From positions 4,430 to 68,429 of the IMG/VR virus record IMGVR_UViG_3300024333_000007: DNA of 64,000 nt, one strand, 5' to 3'. The stretch comes from a virus. Of the stretch, positions 19,529 to 29,957 are shown in pieces (within the stretch, counting starts at the first letter, position 1; each line of letters begins with the position of its first letter). The notes beneath the pieces are model-generated. The model had not been told where the DNA came from and did not search any database. It saw only the letters and a program-made list of their open reading frames with translations. A program made the position numbers and the translations under genes.

Positions 19529-21751
19529 CTAGCTACATTTACTAAATCCACAACTTGAACAAGTTGAACATCCCTCAATCATAACAAGTGAATTTGATTG
19601 ACATTTTGGGCATATTTCATTTGAATATGACAATACTTCATCATTTTTAATATAATATCTTTCTATAAGTTTAGCTACTGCATCTGGTATAGAAAATAAT
19701 TGCACTGGTTTTTTGTCAACTTCTTCAAACCTTGCCCAAACGGGCGTTTCGCCTTTAATGTTTTTAAATTGTTTTATGTATGATTCTTTCGGAACCCCAT
19801 GTTGTAGTCCTGTAGATAGTGATTTACCCAATGCTTCAAGCAGGCCGTTCATATCCTGACCTGACTTGCCATAGTTTATCCATACTTCTACTATTCTATC
19901 ATCTTGTTTTACAATGTCAACGTACAGTTTGCCATCTACAAGCTGAATACAGTGTTTTACACTGTCTAATCTAGACGGCCTAGTAAAATTGGAAGTAACT
20001 TCCAGTCCATCTTTTCTAAATGTAACTGGCTGGAATTTTTTACATCCGTCCCTATATACCGTAACACCCTTTAATCCCATCTCATATGCAAGTTTATAGA
20101 TTTCTGACACATCTTCAACTGTTGCACTATTGGGCAAATTTATTGTACTAGATATTGCTAGCCCAGTTCTTTTCTGAATAACCGACTGCATCTCTATTCT
20201 ATCTCGTGGTTTTATATCATGAGCTGTAATGAACACATCTTTAACTTCTCGTGGAATACCCCTAATATTTTTTAAACTACCACCATTAGCAAATATTTTA
20301 TCCGATAAATCATTAGTAAACCAAGATTCATTTTCGTATTTTTGTCTAAAGACGGGATTTATCACCTTCATTTTTTGGCCTGTAATAAGATTTTTCTCAA
20401 ATACCAAACCAAAACAAGGTTCTATACCATAAGAACAGTCACACGATAGTGCAGTTGTACCAGTAGGAGCACAAGTGGTATTGATACAATTCACCGTACC
20501 ATACTGTCTTAACATATTCATAGTTTTAATAGACTCGTCATCTCCCCCAATAAGTAACTCAGTGATTCTCTCTACATCTTCTTTATATGTTTCGTAATTA
20601 AAAAACGGCTTGTTGTCCCTGGCCATTTCAACACTTTTTCTTACCGCACCATGTGTAATAGTTCGCATTACTTCTTCGGCAAAATCTCTACCATCTTTAC
20701 CATTATATTTAAGTCCCAACATAAACATAGCATCAGATAATCCTGCTGGACCAATACCAACTGGTCTATATTTTTGAGTCATTATCTTAAATCTTTCATC
20801 TGGAAAATCCATCACATCTATCATATTATTCATCAACTTACAAAGATTATAAGAAGTATTGAATAGGCCGATCCAATCATAGGTACCATCTTGTTGTATA
20901 AATTTTACCACATTTATCATGGCAAGATTACAACTTAGCCACGGTGCCATCGGTGTTTCACCACAAGGATTTGATGTTTCAATAAGCACATCTTTTCTAA
21001 TCGGATTAAATTCGTTGACAACATCTATAAACATAACACCCGGATCGCCGGTTTTGTGTGCCTGTTTACATAGTTCGTCCCATATAACATTAGGGTTCTC
21101 ACTTCTAATAAAAGACCCATCATAAGATGTATGCAGCGGGAAAGATATATTATCCTCAAGGCATCGCATAAATTTATCGGTTATGGTAACCGACAAATTC
21201 ATATTCGATAATGTGATATCATTATCCTTAGATTTGATAAAATCTAAAATATCTGGATGCCATACCTGCATAGCACAAAGTATAGCGGCCCGCCGTGCCC
21301 GGCCACCAGATTTAGTAGTTGCGGCCACAGCATCATATAGTTTCATAAAACATATAGCTCCAGATGAATGACCACTTGGTATATTATTCTCATTACCATC
21401 AAATATAGGTGAGTCTTTTTCCCTTAAATTACCAATAGGAATTCCTATACCAGAACCATAAGAAAATATCTTTCTAGCTACATTAGCAATATCATAAATA
21501 CTATCCATACTATCTTCTAACGGTACTACCCAACATGCACTAAATAAATTAGTTTTAGTGCCTGCATTAAAATATAGTGGTGTATTGAATCTTATAATAT
21601 TGTTTTTTTGTAAATTAAAAGCTAAATTTTCTTCATCCTTATCCTTAGATACATATTTGGCTGCACGTCTAAAAGTATCATCTATAGTTTCACCATCTTT
21701 GGAATACAATGTTTCAAATATAATTTTTGCGTTATCACTTAAATCGGCCAT
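19529..21751 (-). CDS. nrdJ: Class II (B12-dependent) ribonucleoside-diphosphate reductase with C-terminal TSCPD/zinc ribbon
   Basis: SACWV, GGRARRAA, NPCGE, CNL, APTGT, GIEP, KGVTVYRDG, C-terminal CPKC...CSSCGFSKC; no beta subunit adjacent. Confidence 0.93.
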   Translation of the reverse strand: MADLSDNAKIIFETLYSKDGETIDDTFRRAAKYVSKDKDEENLAFNLQKNNIIRFNTPLYFNAGTKTNLFSACWVVPLEDSMDSIYDIANVARKIFSYGSGIGIPIGNLREKDSPIFDGNENNIPSGHSSGAICFMKLYDAVAATTKSGGRARRAAILCAMQVWHPDILDFIKSKDNDITLSNMNLSVTITDKFMRCLEDNISFPLHTSYDGSFIRSENPNVIWDELCKQAHKTGDPGVMFIDVVNEFNPIRKDVLIETSNPCGETPMAPWLSCNLAMINVVKFIQQDGTYDWIGLFNTSYNLCKLMNNMIDVMDFPDERFKIMTQKYRPVGIGPAGLSDAMFMLGLKYNGKDGRDFAEEVMRTITHGAVRKSVEMARDNKPFFNYETYKEDVERITELLIGGDDESIKTMNMLRQYGTVNCINTTCAPTGTTALSCDCSYGIEPCFGLVFEKNLITGQKMKVINPVFRQKYENESWFTNDLSDKIFANGGSLKNIRGIPREVKDVFITAHDIKPRDRIEMQSVIQKRTGLAISSTINLPNSATVEDVSEIYKLAYEMGLKGVTVYRDGCKKFQPVTFRKDGLEVTSNFTRPSRLDSVKHCIQLVDGKLYVDIVKQDDRIVEVWINYGKSGQDMNGLLEALGKSLSTGLQHGVPKESYIKQFKNIKGETPVWARFEEVDKKPVQLFSIPDAVAKLIERYYIKNDEVLSYSNEICPKCQSNSLVMIEGCSTCSSCGFSKCS

Positions 21752-21764
21752 TAATTGTCCTTAT

Positions 21765-22610
21765 TTAAAATAATTGATTTCTAACCAATATATGTTTAAT
21801 TCTTTTCATTGTCATATTAACATACATGGGATTAATCTCAAATCCGATAAAATTTCTATCAAGCAACAGTGCGGCCTCTGCCACTGTACCACTGCCTATA
21901 AACGGATCTAATACGATATCATTCTTATCTGTGAGAGCTTTTATAAACCAAGTCGGAAGATCGACTGAAAATGGGGCGGGGTGTTTATTATCTCTAGTTA
22001 CTTGATTGGTTTGAAAGTACAACACATTCGATGGTCTACGCATTCCATCTTTCGACAATTTCATTTTTTTTGTCTCTCTAGCCTCTTTTATACCACTTAT
22101 CAGGGTTTCATAAGTTATAGCTTCATATTTAGCCCTCTCAAAACTACTTGGATTGTATCTGGTTTTTACTTCATTTATATAAAATTTAACACTATCAGGA
22201 TCTTTAACAAAATGAAATATATATTCGGTAACGTTATTAACCCTTTTATTGTTCCCATTGGGTAGAAATGATTGCTTCACCCAAAAATATGTATCATACA
22301 ATTTTAAACTAGTTTCTTTTACTGTTCTTACAACATAATCATATACATAGATGTGTCTTTGTTTATCTACACATTTATCATTTATGTTGAGAACAAAACT
22401 TCCAGTTGATTTGATAACCCTATAAATATCATGATTATATTGTAGCAACCAATCTACATAATGGTCTGGGTGAAATATGCCAACTTGTTTGCCATAACTT
22501 TTGATATCAGCATAAGGTGGGGATGTAACAACAAGGTCTATACTATTATCTGGCAATTCTTTTATAAGTTGTAATGAATCACCACAAACAACACTATTTA
22601 ACCATTTCAT
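21765..22610 (-). CDS. Orphan DNA methyltransferase, beta class (N4-C likely)
   Basis: VTSPPY, HPAPF, VLDPFIGSGT. Confidence 0.92.
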   Translation of the reverse strand: MKWLNSVVCGDSLQLIKELPDNSIDLVVTSPPYADIKSYGKQVGIFHPDHYVDWLLQYNHDIYRVIKSTGSFVLNINDKCVDKQRHIYVYDYVVRTVKETSLKLYDTYFWVKQSFLPNGNNKRVNNVTEYIFHFVKDPDSVKFYINEVKTRYNPSSFERAKYEAITYETLISGIKEARETKKMKLSKDGMRRPSNVLYFQTNQVTRDNKHPAPFSVDLPTWFIKALTDKNDIVLDPFIGSGTVAEAALLLDRNFIGFEINPMYVNMTMKRIKHILVRNQLF

Positions 22611-22615
22611 CTATT

Positions 22616-22960
22616 TTATTTTACCTTGAAACATGTATTTGTTGGAATTAGATAAACATAAACAGATTTTTGCTGACTGAGTAATTTGTCTATATTGCTT
22701 GATGTCATAATACATCTTGCGTCCCAGATTATAAACCCCATAGACGCTTTATCCACAATATCTTTTTCATCGCCGAATATCTCAACATTCTTATATTTTT
22801 TATTATCAAGATATTCTTGTACTAGTTTATCCACACCATCTTTATCGCCAATAATAATAGAAATATTATTTTTAATAATTTTATCAATATATTTTACAAC
22901 ATCTTTGTGTAAACTTTTTATATTTATAGGGCCGGCAACAAACACATTCTTAAAATCCAA
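22616..22960 (-). CDS. SLOG/YspA-like protein
   Basis: VFVAG...IIIGDKDGVDKLVQEYL...GFIIWD. Confidence 0.55.
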   Translation of the reverse strand: MDFKNVFVAGPINIKSLHKDVVKYIDKIIKNNISIIIGDKDGVDKLVQEYLDNKKYKNVEIFGDEKDIVDKASMGFIIWDARCIMTSSNIDKLLSQQKSVYVYLIPTNTCFKVK

Positions 22961-24064
22961 TTCTGCCTTTCCTATTACTATTTATACCATAGCTTGCTAG
23001 ATTGTAAATCTCCGCCAACGACATATCATGATTAACATTATATTTATTTCCTGGATATAAAATATCCAACAATTTCACAGATTCGGCAGGCTTAAGCAGT
23101 CTGGTAACAATAATATCATAGCACCTACCGGGCCTTTTTTAGCATCATCTATTTGATTTATAGTGGTAAGGTTACTACTAACAAGAATTTTCTTGTTACT
23201 TGCAGTAACAAACCCATCAGCAGCAGACAAAAGCTTACTAATAATATCATTTCCCTCACTTCTTTTAGAAATGGCCATATCAATATCTTCTAGAACCATA
23301 CCGGCAATCTTATTCACAAGATAGTCAATAAATATAGTTCCATTTTCCAGTACACGCATATCATTGGTGTAGAAAAAAACATTCTTATGGTGATCATCTT
23401 CATTATAAAAATGTTCCATCTTTAAACCAACTAATTCAGATTTTACTCCAATTACCTTTTTATTGATTCTAGATACAATATGTCTAATCAACCTAGTTTT
23501 ACCACTACCACTAGGTCCGGTAAGAATAAGCACTGGTTCGTTACCATCAACATAGTTATCAACATAATTATCAAAATTTTCTATATATGGATATGCTTCT
23601 GGATAAATAATATCACCAATTGTTTCGTCCACAGACATAAAATCACTACTATTCTCAATGTGATAATACCAACGTATATTAACATCATTATCATCTTTAT
23701 CTGATAATGAAAACACACTTTTTAGCTTATTTGATCCAAATTGTATATCTTCCGCCGTATTAGCATATATATTATAATGTAATATAATATCATGCAATCT
23801 TTCTCTAACCTCTATATTCATATAGTAATTAAAATCTATAATGATGAATGATGTGTTAGATGTGGATTTTACAACTTTACTAATAAGCCCAAATCTTTCT
23901 ATCATATCAAAAATAGATATTTTTTTTATATTGATAAAATTAGAATATGTCAGATCAAATGACATATCCTTGAACGCTTTTTTGACTACGTTAAGGATTT
24001 CGGCTCTACAAATCTCGGTTTCTGGTTTGTAGTCTGTCTGATAGTTGACATTAAAATTTATCAC
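22950..24064 (-). pseudogene. AAA+ ATPase with a -1 frameshift at about 23140
   Basis: Walker A GPSGSGKT, Walker B LEDID; after GCTAAAAAAGG the -1 frame gives RPGRCYD...SLAEIYN...GRIGF-stop, the expected C-terminus. Confidence 0.8.
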
Positions 24065-24092
24065 TAATTACCTCAACTTAATTGTAATGTAT

Positions 24093-24137
24093 AATCATAA
24101 AAACGCGTAAAATCTCTCTTTACGTGTTTTTATGATT
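24093..24137. terminator. Long hairpin (about 19-bp stem)
   Basis: aatcataaaaacgcgtaaa ... tttacgtgtttttatgatt. Confidence 0.55.
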
Positions 24138-24149
24138 AATATCACTATA

Positions 24150-24552
24150 TTAGTCCTGGTCTTGGCTTAAATCTCCCGACCAAAAACTTTTGGTCCATGT
24201 CATTCCTTTTGCTCTATTACCATAGAATGCTTTTGCCGCACACTGTGTATCCAGAACGACTTTTTTCATGCCAGCACTATTTGCACAAAAACCCACTGTG
24301 TTCAAACCAAAGATATTTCTATTATCGGCCAGGTTTTGATTTGCTCCAAGATATACAAATGTCCAATTGAATGATATGTTTATTAGTATCGGACAGAACT
24401 GCTTTTTCGGGGCCAATGTTAAATGCTACAACACCACTACCCAAAAATGGTTCTATCCAATTACCTTGTTTGTTCCACACTATATTATCTCTTATAAAAT
24501 CAACAAGTTTGGTCTTTATACCCTGACATTTAATAGGGGGAATTTTTACCAT
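24150..24552 (-). pseudogene. Chimeric scar: N-terminus of an M.EcoRV/Dam-like MTase joined out of frame to the C-terminus of a vWA-like protein
   Basis: PPIKCQGIKTKL...IEPFLGSGVV...DTNKHII stops before the DPPY motif; another frame continues WTFVYLGANQ. Confidence 0.7.
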
Positions 24553-25283
24553 TATACCCAAGTCATAGCTGCTGGAATATCTGATTCATATATATGTAAA
24601 TCTTTACAAAATACAGTAGTTGGCCCGGGCAGTACTAATTTACCAGTATTATCAGAAATTTGTGCGGCCATAAATTCTTTAAGTAGCTGAATTCCGGCAA
24701 CATTTACAGGATAACCAGAAAGTAAATCCCAAGACCTATAGCCTATATGAAATATTAGAAAATTTTGTCCATTTATTTTTCCTGGTTTAATCGCAGTATC
24801 AACAAATAACAAACAGGGTGTTGTCTTTCTACTTGTTTCGTCTTTATGTGGTTTGAAATAATCCAAGAAACACAAAGGATCGCCAACTCTCATTGTGGCA
24901 TGAGCAGTACCAAATCCTTTAGTGGAATAATATTCTACTACAGCATTTGATAATGGAAATAGGAATTCACTGTATTTGTAATGTTCATTTGGTGTGGGAG
25001 GAACGGGATTGTAGATATATTCATTGAAGTATTTTTCAACGTCTTCTTCATTAGTTGGCAATACTTGCCCTTCTTTGGCAAGAGGAGATAATGGCCTAGT
25101 TTCAGGGTAACGAATATATCCTATAGCAGTATCAAGAGTTTTCCTATACTGCCCGGCCCTTGAACCTAATTCTATAATATACTCAGAGCCAAAATTTAAA
25201 CAGTTATAAATAAATTGTTTCCACGAATCTTCAATACTCGTAGCTTCAATATAAATTGGTCTAAAATTCAGGTCATTCCTCAT
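24552..25283 (-). CDS. thyA: Thymidylate synthase (ThyA family)
   Basis: TPCL catalytic Cys, YRSWD...PVN (Asn indicates dUMP specificity), LHIYE. Confidence 0.88.
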   Translation of the reverse strand: MRNDLNFRPIYIEATSIEDSWKQFIYNCLNFGSEYIIELGSRAGQYRKTLDTAIGYIRYPETRPLSPLAKEGQVLPTNEEDVEKYFNEYIYNPVPPTPNEHYKYSEFLFPLSNAVVEYYSTKGFGTAHATMRVGDPLCFLDYFKPHKDETSRKTTPCLLFVDTAIKPGKINGQNFLIFHIGYRSWDLLSGYPVNVAGIQLLKEFMAAQISDNTGKLVLPGPTTVFCKDLHIYESDIPAAMTWV

Positions 25284-25473
25284 TTCTTTTATATTTTCCT
25301 CGCGGTTTTTCTAGATTATAACATATTTATTCTGGTGGGAAATGCTTCAAGGTGTTTTTTATTTACTTCTTGCGGCCTTTTACCAGATTCCCGAATTACA
25401 AGAAGTAAATTTTAAAAATCACCTTCTGAAATATCAAAAGGGGTTTCGTAGTATTTTGTTCTACGATTCATAA

Positions 25474-25502
25474 TTATAACATATTTATTCTGGATTGTCA
25501 AC
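25474..25502 (-). promoter_or_regulatory. Sigma70-type early promoter
   Basis: TTGACA-17 nt-TATAAT; the spacer and -10 part is repeated at about 25315-25335. Confidence 0.8.
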
Positions 25503-25506
25503 AAAA

Positions 25507-25797
25507 CTATTTTACCTTTCTAGTATAAATTTTGCCATCTTCTTCCTGGTAGGATATATAAAAAGGAATTCGATATTTGGTACCAGAGAGATATTGCTGC
25601 GCTGGTGTACCACTTCTAAACCGTAGACGTTTTCTGCCATCCATTTGGTTTTGCCAAAACTCATCTCTGGTTACTTTAAATTTAGGAAATTTGTTAGTAC
25701 CTTGTTGAATATAGCCATCTGCACAAACATTTTCTACATCTGTTTGAAAAATTTCTTCTTGACTACCGCCCACTACATCTACATTTCTATCTTCCAT
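25507..25797 (-). CDS. Hypothetical protein
   Basis: 96 aa ORF with AGGA RBS. Confidence 0.6.
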   Translation of the reverse strand: MEDRNVDVVGGSQEEIFQTDVENVCADGYIQQGTNKFPKFKVTRDEFWQNQMDGRKRLRFRSGTPAQQYLSGTKYRIPFYISYQEEDGKIYTRKVK

Positions 25798-25802
25798 TTT
25801 TC

Positions 25803-26159
25803 CTACTTTAAGTATTTGTTTATTTTACTTTTTGGTAATGTTGACTTTAAATGTTTTATACCACTTGGAAATTCTAGTAATGGTTCTATATCACGATTGG
25901 AATTTCTTTCTACAAAATTAATAAAGTCTGTGACCAATGTTTTAAAATCATTAACTATAAAATTTTCAGCACGAGCCCTATTGGTCTTTCCATTAAAATA
26001 ATCATCCAAACTACTAATAGTATGATTCTTTATACTATTAATTAATCTCTCAAATCTTACCTTAACCTTATTATCTGCTAAAAAAATCCATTTATTTATC
26101 TCCCAAATATTGTAATATGTATTTTTTAAACCTACGTACTGTAGAATCATTTTTACCAA
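25803..26159 (-). CDS. Hypothetical protein (true start probably near 26090)
   Basis: ORF between flanking genes. Confidence 0.45.
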   Translation of the reverse strand: MVKMILQYVGLKNTYYNIWEINKWIFLADNKVKVRFERLINSIKNHTISSLDDYFNGKTNRARAENFIVNDFKTLVTDFINFVERNSNRDIEPLLEFPSGIKHLKSTLPKSKINKYLK

Positions 26160-26733
26160 ATATTTCTATATAAGTTGAAAGATAACCACTATCGTCATTA
26201 TCCAACCTATCTTTCCACTTGGTTATGTTCTTCAACATATCTATTATATCACCATCAGAATATCCTTTTCCTCTAAGAGCATCTACTGTTTGGCCAGCAA
26301 ATGCCATTGATTCGTGTTTATCAGCAAGATATTTCCCGATTGTATCTCTACTAACAACAAATGGTTTATCAAAAAAGGTTTTTGATTTTGATCTCGTAAG
26401 TTGTTCCCTATGTACAAGTTCGTGTTTAATGACGCCAATAATACGTTCTTTAATTCTTATAGGATCATTTACCACATCAAAAAGTATATCCTCACCAATA
26501 TCTACATAAATATTTAATGTATCTGCATTTGTGCCACCATCAATTAAATCACCCGATACTACATCAAATGTTATATTATATGCTTTAAAAACCCTATTAA
26601 GTTGTTTTACAATTTTTGCCGAATCATCATAATTTTGTGAAGCTATTATATTAATAATATTATCTAGTCTCTTTCTGACTTCGGTTACATCTATCTTTAT
26701 AACAGCTTCACTTAAATAATTATTTAGTCTCAT
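26092..26733 (-). CDS. Putative head-packaged protein with HExxH zincin motif
   Basis: Leader MRLNNYLSE; IKHELVHREQ...Y....E..AFA. Confidence 0.7.
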   Translation of the reverse strand: MRLNNYLSEAVIKIDVTEVRKRLDNIINIIASQNYDDSAKIVKQLNRVFKAYNITFDVVSGDLIDGGTNADTLNIYVDIGEDILFDVVNDPIRIKERIIGVIKHELVHREQLTRSKSKTFFDKPFVVSRDTIGKYLADKHESMAFAGQTVDALRGKGYSDGDIIDMLKNITKWKDRLDNDDSGYLSTYIEIFGKNDSTVRRFKKYILQYLGDK

Positions 26734-27001
26734 CTGGCAATACCCTTATTAATGAACTTTCGTTGCCTTCATTGAATAATGCATCCCTTATAAGTTTATA
26801 CTTTACTCTATAATTGCCATCCATATTCATATACATCCAGAGTAAATTAGCCCTTATACCAGAACGATACATTTTATTAAGCAATTGATCAAATAATTCG
26901 TTGTCTAGAGGAATCTCGTTCCTTAATTGCATACATTCTAATAAATAGCAAGCAACTATATCAGGAAATTCATTTGCGGTTATTTTTATCTGGCCAGACA
27001 T
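26720..27001 (-). CDS. Hypothetical protein
   Basis: 93 aa coupled ORF. Confidence 0.55.
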   Translation of the reverse strand: MSGQIKITANEFPDIVACYLLECMQLRNEIPLDNELFDQLLNKMYRSGIRANLLWMYMNMDGNYRVKYKLIRDALFNEGNESSLIRVLPDETK

Positions 27002-27002
27002 C

Positions 27003-27671
27003 TTAATAATTAAATGGGTCTAATTCTGTACCCTTAAATGTATCTATTATATATTTTAACACCCCTTTCTTAATCTCATATCCTCTTACAGTAAATCTAT
27101 TGCTACTTAAATTCATATCATCTTCAACATCATCCCAGGAATCGAAACCATCTAATACTTCATCAAGTACCACTTCGTCACAATTATCAACATCTTTTCC
27201 CTTAGACCTATAATAACTACATATATCACGTTTTAATTTATCATATTGTGATTTAGATGATTTTACATTAACTGATTCGGTTATTTCTTCGGCTTGTTTT
27301 GCGCCCTTAAGCAGCATATCAACAGTATCCTGAATAACAACCTTCATATCCATTTTAGTCCAGAATCTTCTAACAAATTTTTCTGAATCTATATGCAACT
27401 TATCAAGTAATGCTTGTACTTCTTCATGAGCACTAGCCATATTAGTTACTAGTTCTTCGGCCTTTACTCTATTCATTATTTTATAATCAATTAATTCATC
27501 TGTATCTAAAGCATTAAGATAAGTTGCTAAAAATTTGGTAAAATCTGCATAAAGCTCCTCACCAGCATCTTTGGTTTTAGCAATTTTAAGTTCACGTTTC
27601 CTTCTAGTCATTTCAACTTTAGTTGTCTTACGTCTTTCTGTAAGATAAAGATTTATTCTATCTAATAACAT
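27003..27671 (-). CDS. Hypothetical, putative internal head protein
   Basis: Leader MLLDRINLYLTE; internal ITE site. Confidence 0.6.
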   Translation of the reverse strand: MLLDRINLYLTERRKTTKVEMTRRKRELKIAKTKDAGEELYADFTKFLATYLNALDTDELIDYKIMNRVKAEELVTNMASAHEEVQALLDKLHIDSEKFVRRFWTKMDMKVVIQDTVDMLLKGAKQAEEITESVNVKSSKSQYDKLKRDICSYYRSKGKDVDNCDEVVLDEVLDGFDSWDDVEDDMNLSSNRFTVRGYEIKKGVLKYIIDTFKGTELDPFNY

Positions 27672-27713
27672 TGTTTTTTTATCCCCTCTATTTTGTATTT
27701 TTTACTATAATAT

Positions 27714-27983
27714 TTAAAATATTCTTGTTGCACTATAATGGAGTTTTGGTACAGTTTCCTCAATACCCCAAACTTCATCATAATCACCATCACCAACTTT
27801 TACAAAAAAAGCATTGAAATCTCTTGCTTTACGTCCAATATGGTCTTTTATACTTGCCACATCTTGAGAATCAGAGATAAATTGCAAATTGTTATCCTGT
27901 AAATGAGAAACCAAAACAATATCCCCAATTTTACCAATGGGTTTTTTAGAAATGTACTTATTTATTTTTTTGTATATTGACAT
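27714..27983 (-). CDS. Hypothetical protein
   Basis: 89 aa; leader MSIYKKINKYIS. Confidence 0.55.
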   Translation of the reverse strand: MSIYKKINKYISKKPIGKIGDIVLVSHLQDNNLQFISDSQDVASIKDHIGRKARDFNAFFVKVGDGDYDEVWGIEETVPKLHYSATRIF

Positions 27984-28477
27984 AATATCTCCCTCAAATC
28001 CTTTGATTTTATATTGTTAAAAAACATATCACAATCATAAAATATACAACTTGATAATTCATCAAGATCTATTTTAATACGTGGCAACATATTTACTATA
28101 TTTATAATAGTTCCTAGTATTATCTTGGAATTGTTCCTTCTAATAATTAATATAGGAATTTTATCACCAGCAGATTTGCAACACTGTTTCCAAAAACTTT
28201 CTATTTTATGATTTTTTATTGATAGTAGACCATAAAAATCTAATTTAGGATAACCATGTTTAAGTTCAAAATTTATATTGTCTGTTACCCAAGCTGCTTC
28301 TGGTTTAAGTGCTACAATATCACCAGATATATTCTGGTTAAATTGTGTAATGGTATGTAATGCGCCACTACTAGGTGTTCGCCAAAAATACAAATCTTTA
28401 TCTTGACCACTAAACCATTTAGTCAAATACTTGGCAAAATCCCTTTCAAATTTTGAACCTTTATTTTTACTGTTCAT
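27962..28477 (-). CDS. Holliday junction resolvase-like PD-(D/E)XK nuclease
   Basis: SKNKGSKFER...SSGA...GDIV...FELK; TATAAATA upstream. Confidence 0.8.
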   Translation of the reverse strand: MNSKNKGSKFERDFAKYLTKWFSGQDKDLYFWRTPSSGALHTITQFNQNISGDIVALKPEAAWVTDNINFELKHGYPKLDFYGLLSIKNHKIESFWKQCCKSAGDKIPILIIRRNNSKIILGTIINIVNMLPRIKIDLDELSSCIFYDCDMFFNNIKSKDLREILCQYTKK

Positions 28478-28542
28478 ACTACTATTTATAGTTTACATTC
28501 TCATATAGTATTATATAATATAAAGAAAAAATGTAAACCGAG

Positions 28543-29496
28543 GTGAATATGATAGAAAAATTTGCTAGAATAGTCAAAGATTATGGTATTATAAAATCCA
28601 GCCAATACGACGATCTCAACATACCAGGAAAACCATCAAGAAGGGCATTATGTAGAAAATTTGGTAGTTGGCAGGAATGTTTGGAGAAAGTATTAAAACC
28701 CATTACACCACAACAAAACAATGAGATATTAAGATTAACCAAACAAGTAGAAGAATTGTCCAGACATCTACAGACAACCCAGTTGCAATTAGATGGGAGA
28801 ACACATAGATTTGGTTATATAACTGATACACACATCGGTAGTTTATTTGCCGACATTTCATTATTAGAAACAGCATATAAAATATTCGAATCGGAAGGTA
28901 TAACCAAGGTATTACACTCAGGAGACATGTGTGATGGTATCAAAGTTTACAAAGGACATGAATTTGAATTATCTACCAATGGTGAAGATGCACAGATAAA
29001 TTTAGTATCAGAAAAATATCCCAAAATAAATGGAATTATCACATATTTTATTACTGGGAATCACGATAGGTCATTTTGGAAACTCACCGGTAGTGATATA
29101 GGACAAAAAATACAATCTAAAAGACCTGATATGGTCTATCTTGGTTATCAAGAAGCCAACATTGTTGTTGGCGAAGGTAAATACAAGGCTACCATTAGAC
29201 TTACTCATCCAGAAGATGGCACTGCATATGCTTACTCATACAAAGTTCAAAAATATATTGCTGAATTGCCATCTGGTACAAAACCGGATGTTTTACTAAT
29301 AGGTCATTACCATAAAGCAGAAATGCTTTATTATAGGGGGGTAGTTGCTTTTCAAGGAGGAACTACACAACACCAAACCCCATTTATGAGGGGCCGCAAG
29401 ATTTCCGCAGCCATGGGTTTCTGGACATTAGATATTACTGTTGGTCCAAACAGAATAATTAGTGTTGCCTCAAAATTTTATCCTGTGAGAAGCTAG
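28543..29496 (+). CDS. Calcineurin-like metallophosphoesterase with N-terminal HTH
   Basis: TDTHIG, HSGDMCDG, TGNHD, THP, GHYH; N-terminal PSRRALCRKFGSW. Confidence 0.88.
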   Translation: MNMIEKFARIVKDYGIIKSSQYDDLNIPGKPSRRALCRKFGSWQECLEKVLKPITPQQNNEILRLTKQVEELSRHLQTTQLQLDGRTHRFGYITDTHIGSLFADISLLETAYKIFESEGITKVLHSGDMCDGIKVYKGHEFELSTNGEDAQINLVSEKYPKINGIITYFITGNHDRSFWKLTGSDIGQKIQSKRPDMVYLGYQEANIVVGEGKYKATIRLTHPEDGTAYAYSYKVQKYIAELPSGTKPDVLLIGHYHKAEMLYYRGVVAFQGGTTQHQTPFMRGRKISAAMGFWTLDITVGPNRIISVASKFYPVRS

Positions 29497-29652
29497 GGTG
29501 GTGTATTACTAGTTTGGGGGTCATTTGATTGTCAACAAAAAAATAACACCAAAGTTGTATTTATATCATTGTTTCTAGATAAAAACACCAAACACAATGA
29601 TGCTATAATTATTTTCCACCATATTTTTTAAAAAAATTTTAGACATATAACA

Positions 29653-29946
29653 TTATCCCTTTATTTCTACTTTAACTATACTGCTTATATTAAACCACCT
29701 TTTGTTATAATCAGCATTACCACTACAAATTCCCCCAGAAAAATCTTTATTGAGGATACATAATTCCGACAGAAAAAATTTCATTTTCTTCTTATTGATC
29801 TTCCCCAAGATTCCAACATATTTGGAATCTCTTATAGTAGTAATATAGACTTTATGTCCAACAAAATTAAATAGTTTATCCAAGTCTTGTGGTAAATTTA
29901 CCACATTCACATTCGAATCTGAAATGTACTTTACATATTTTTCCAT
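29653..29946 (-). CDS. Hypothetical protein (Sm/SH3-like beta barrel possible)
   Basis: FVGHKVYITT....YVGIL...FNISSIVKVE. Confidence 0.5.
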   Translation of the reverse strand: MEKYVKYISDSNVNVVNLPQDLDKLFNFVGHKVYITTIRDSKYVGILGKINKKKMKFFLSELCILNKDFSGGICSGNADYNKRWFNISSIVKVEIKG

Positions 29947-29957
29947 CTTTTCTCCAA

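Noticed and set aside
19529-21751. Intein or intron in nrdJ (also checked terL and uvsX)
   Set aside because: Lengths are normal, motifs contiguous, no intein termini or homing endonuclease seen
24552-25283. dCMP hydroxymethylase for DNA hypermodification
   Set aside because: The specificity position is Asn (GYPVN), as in dUMP-using ThyA, not Asp
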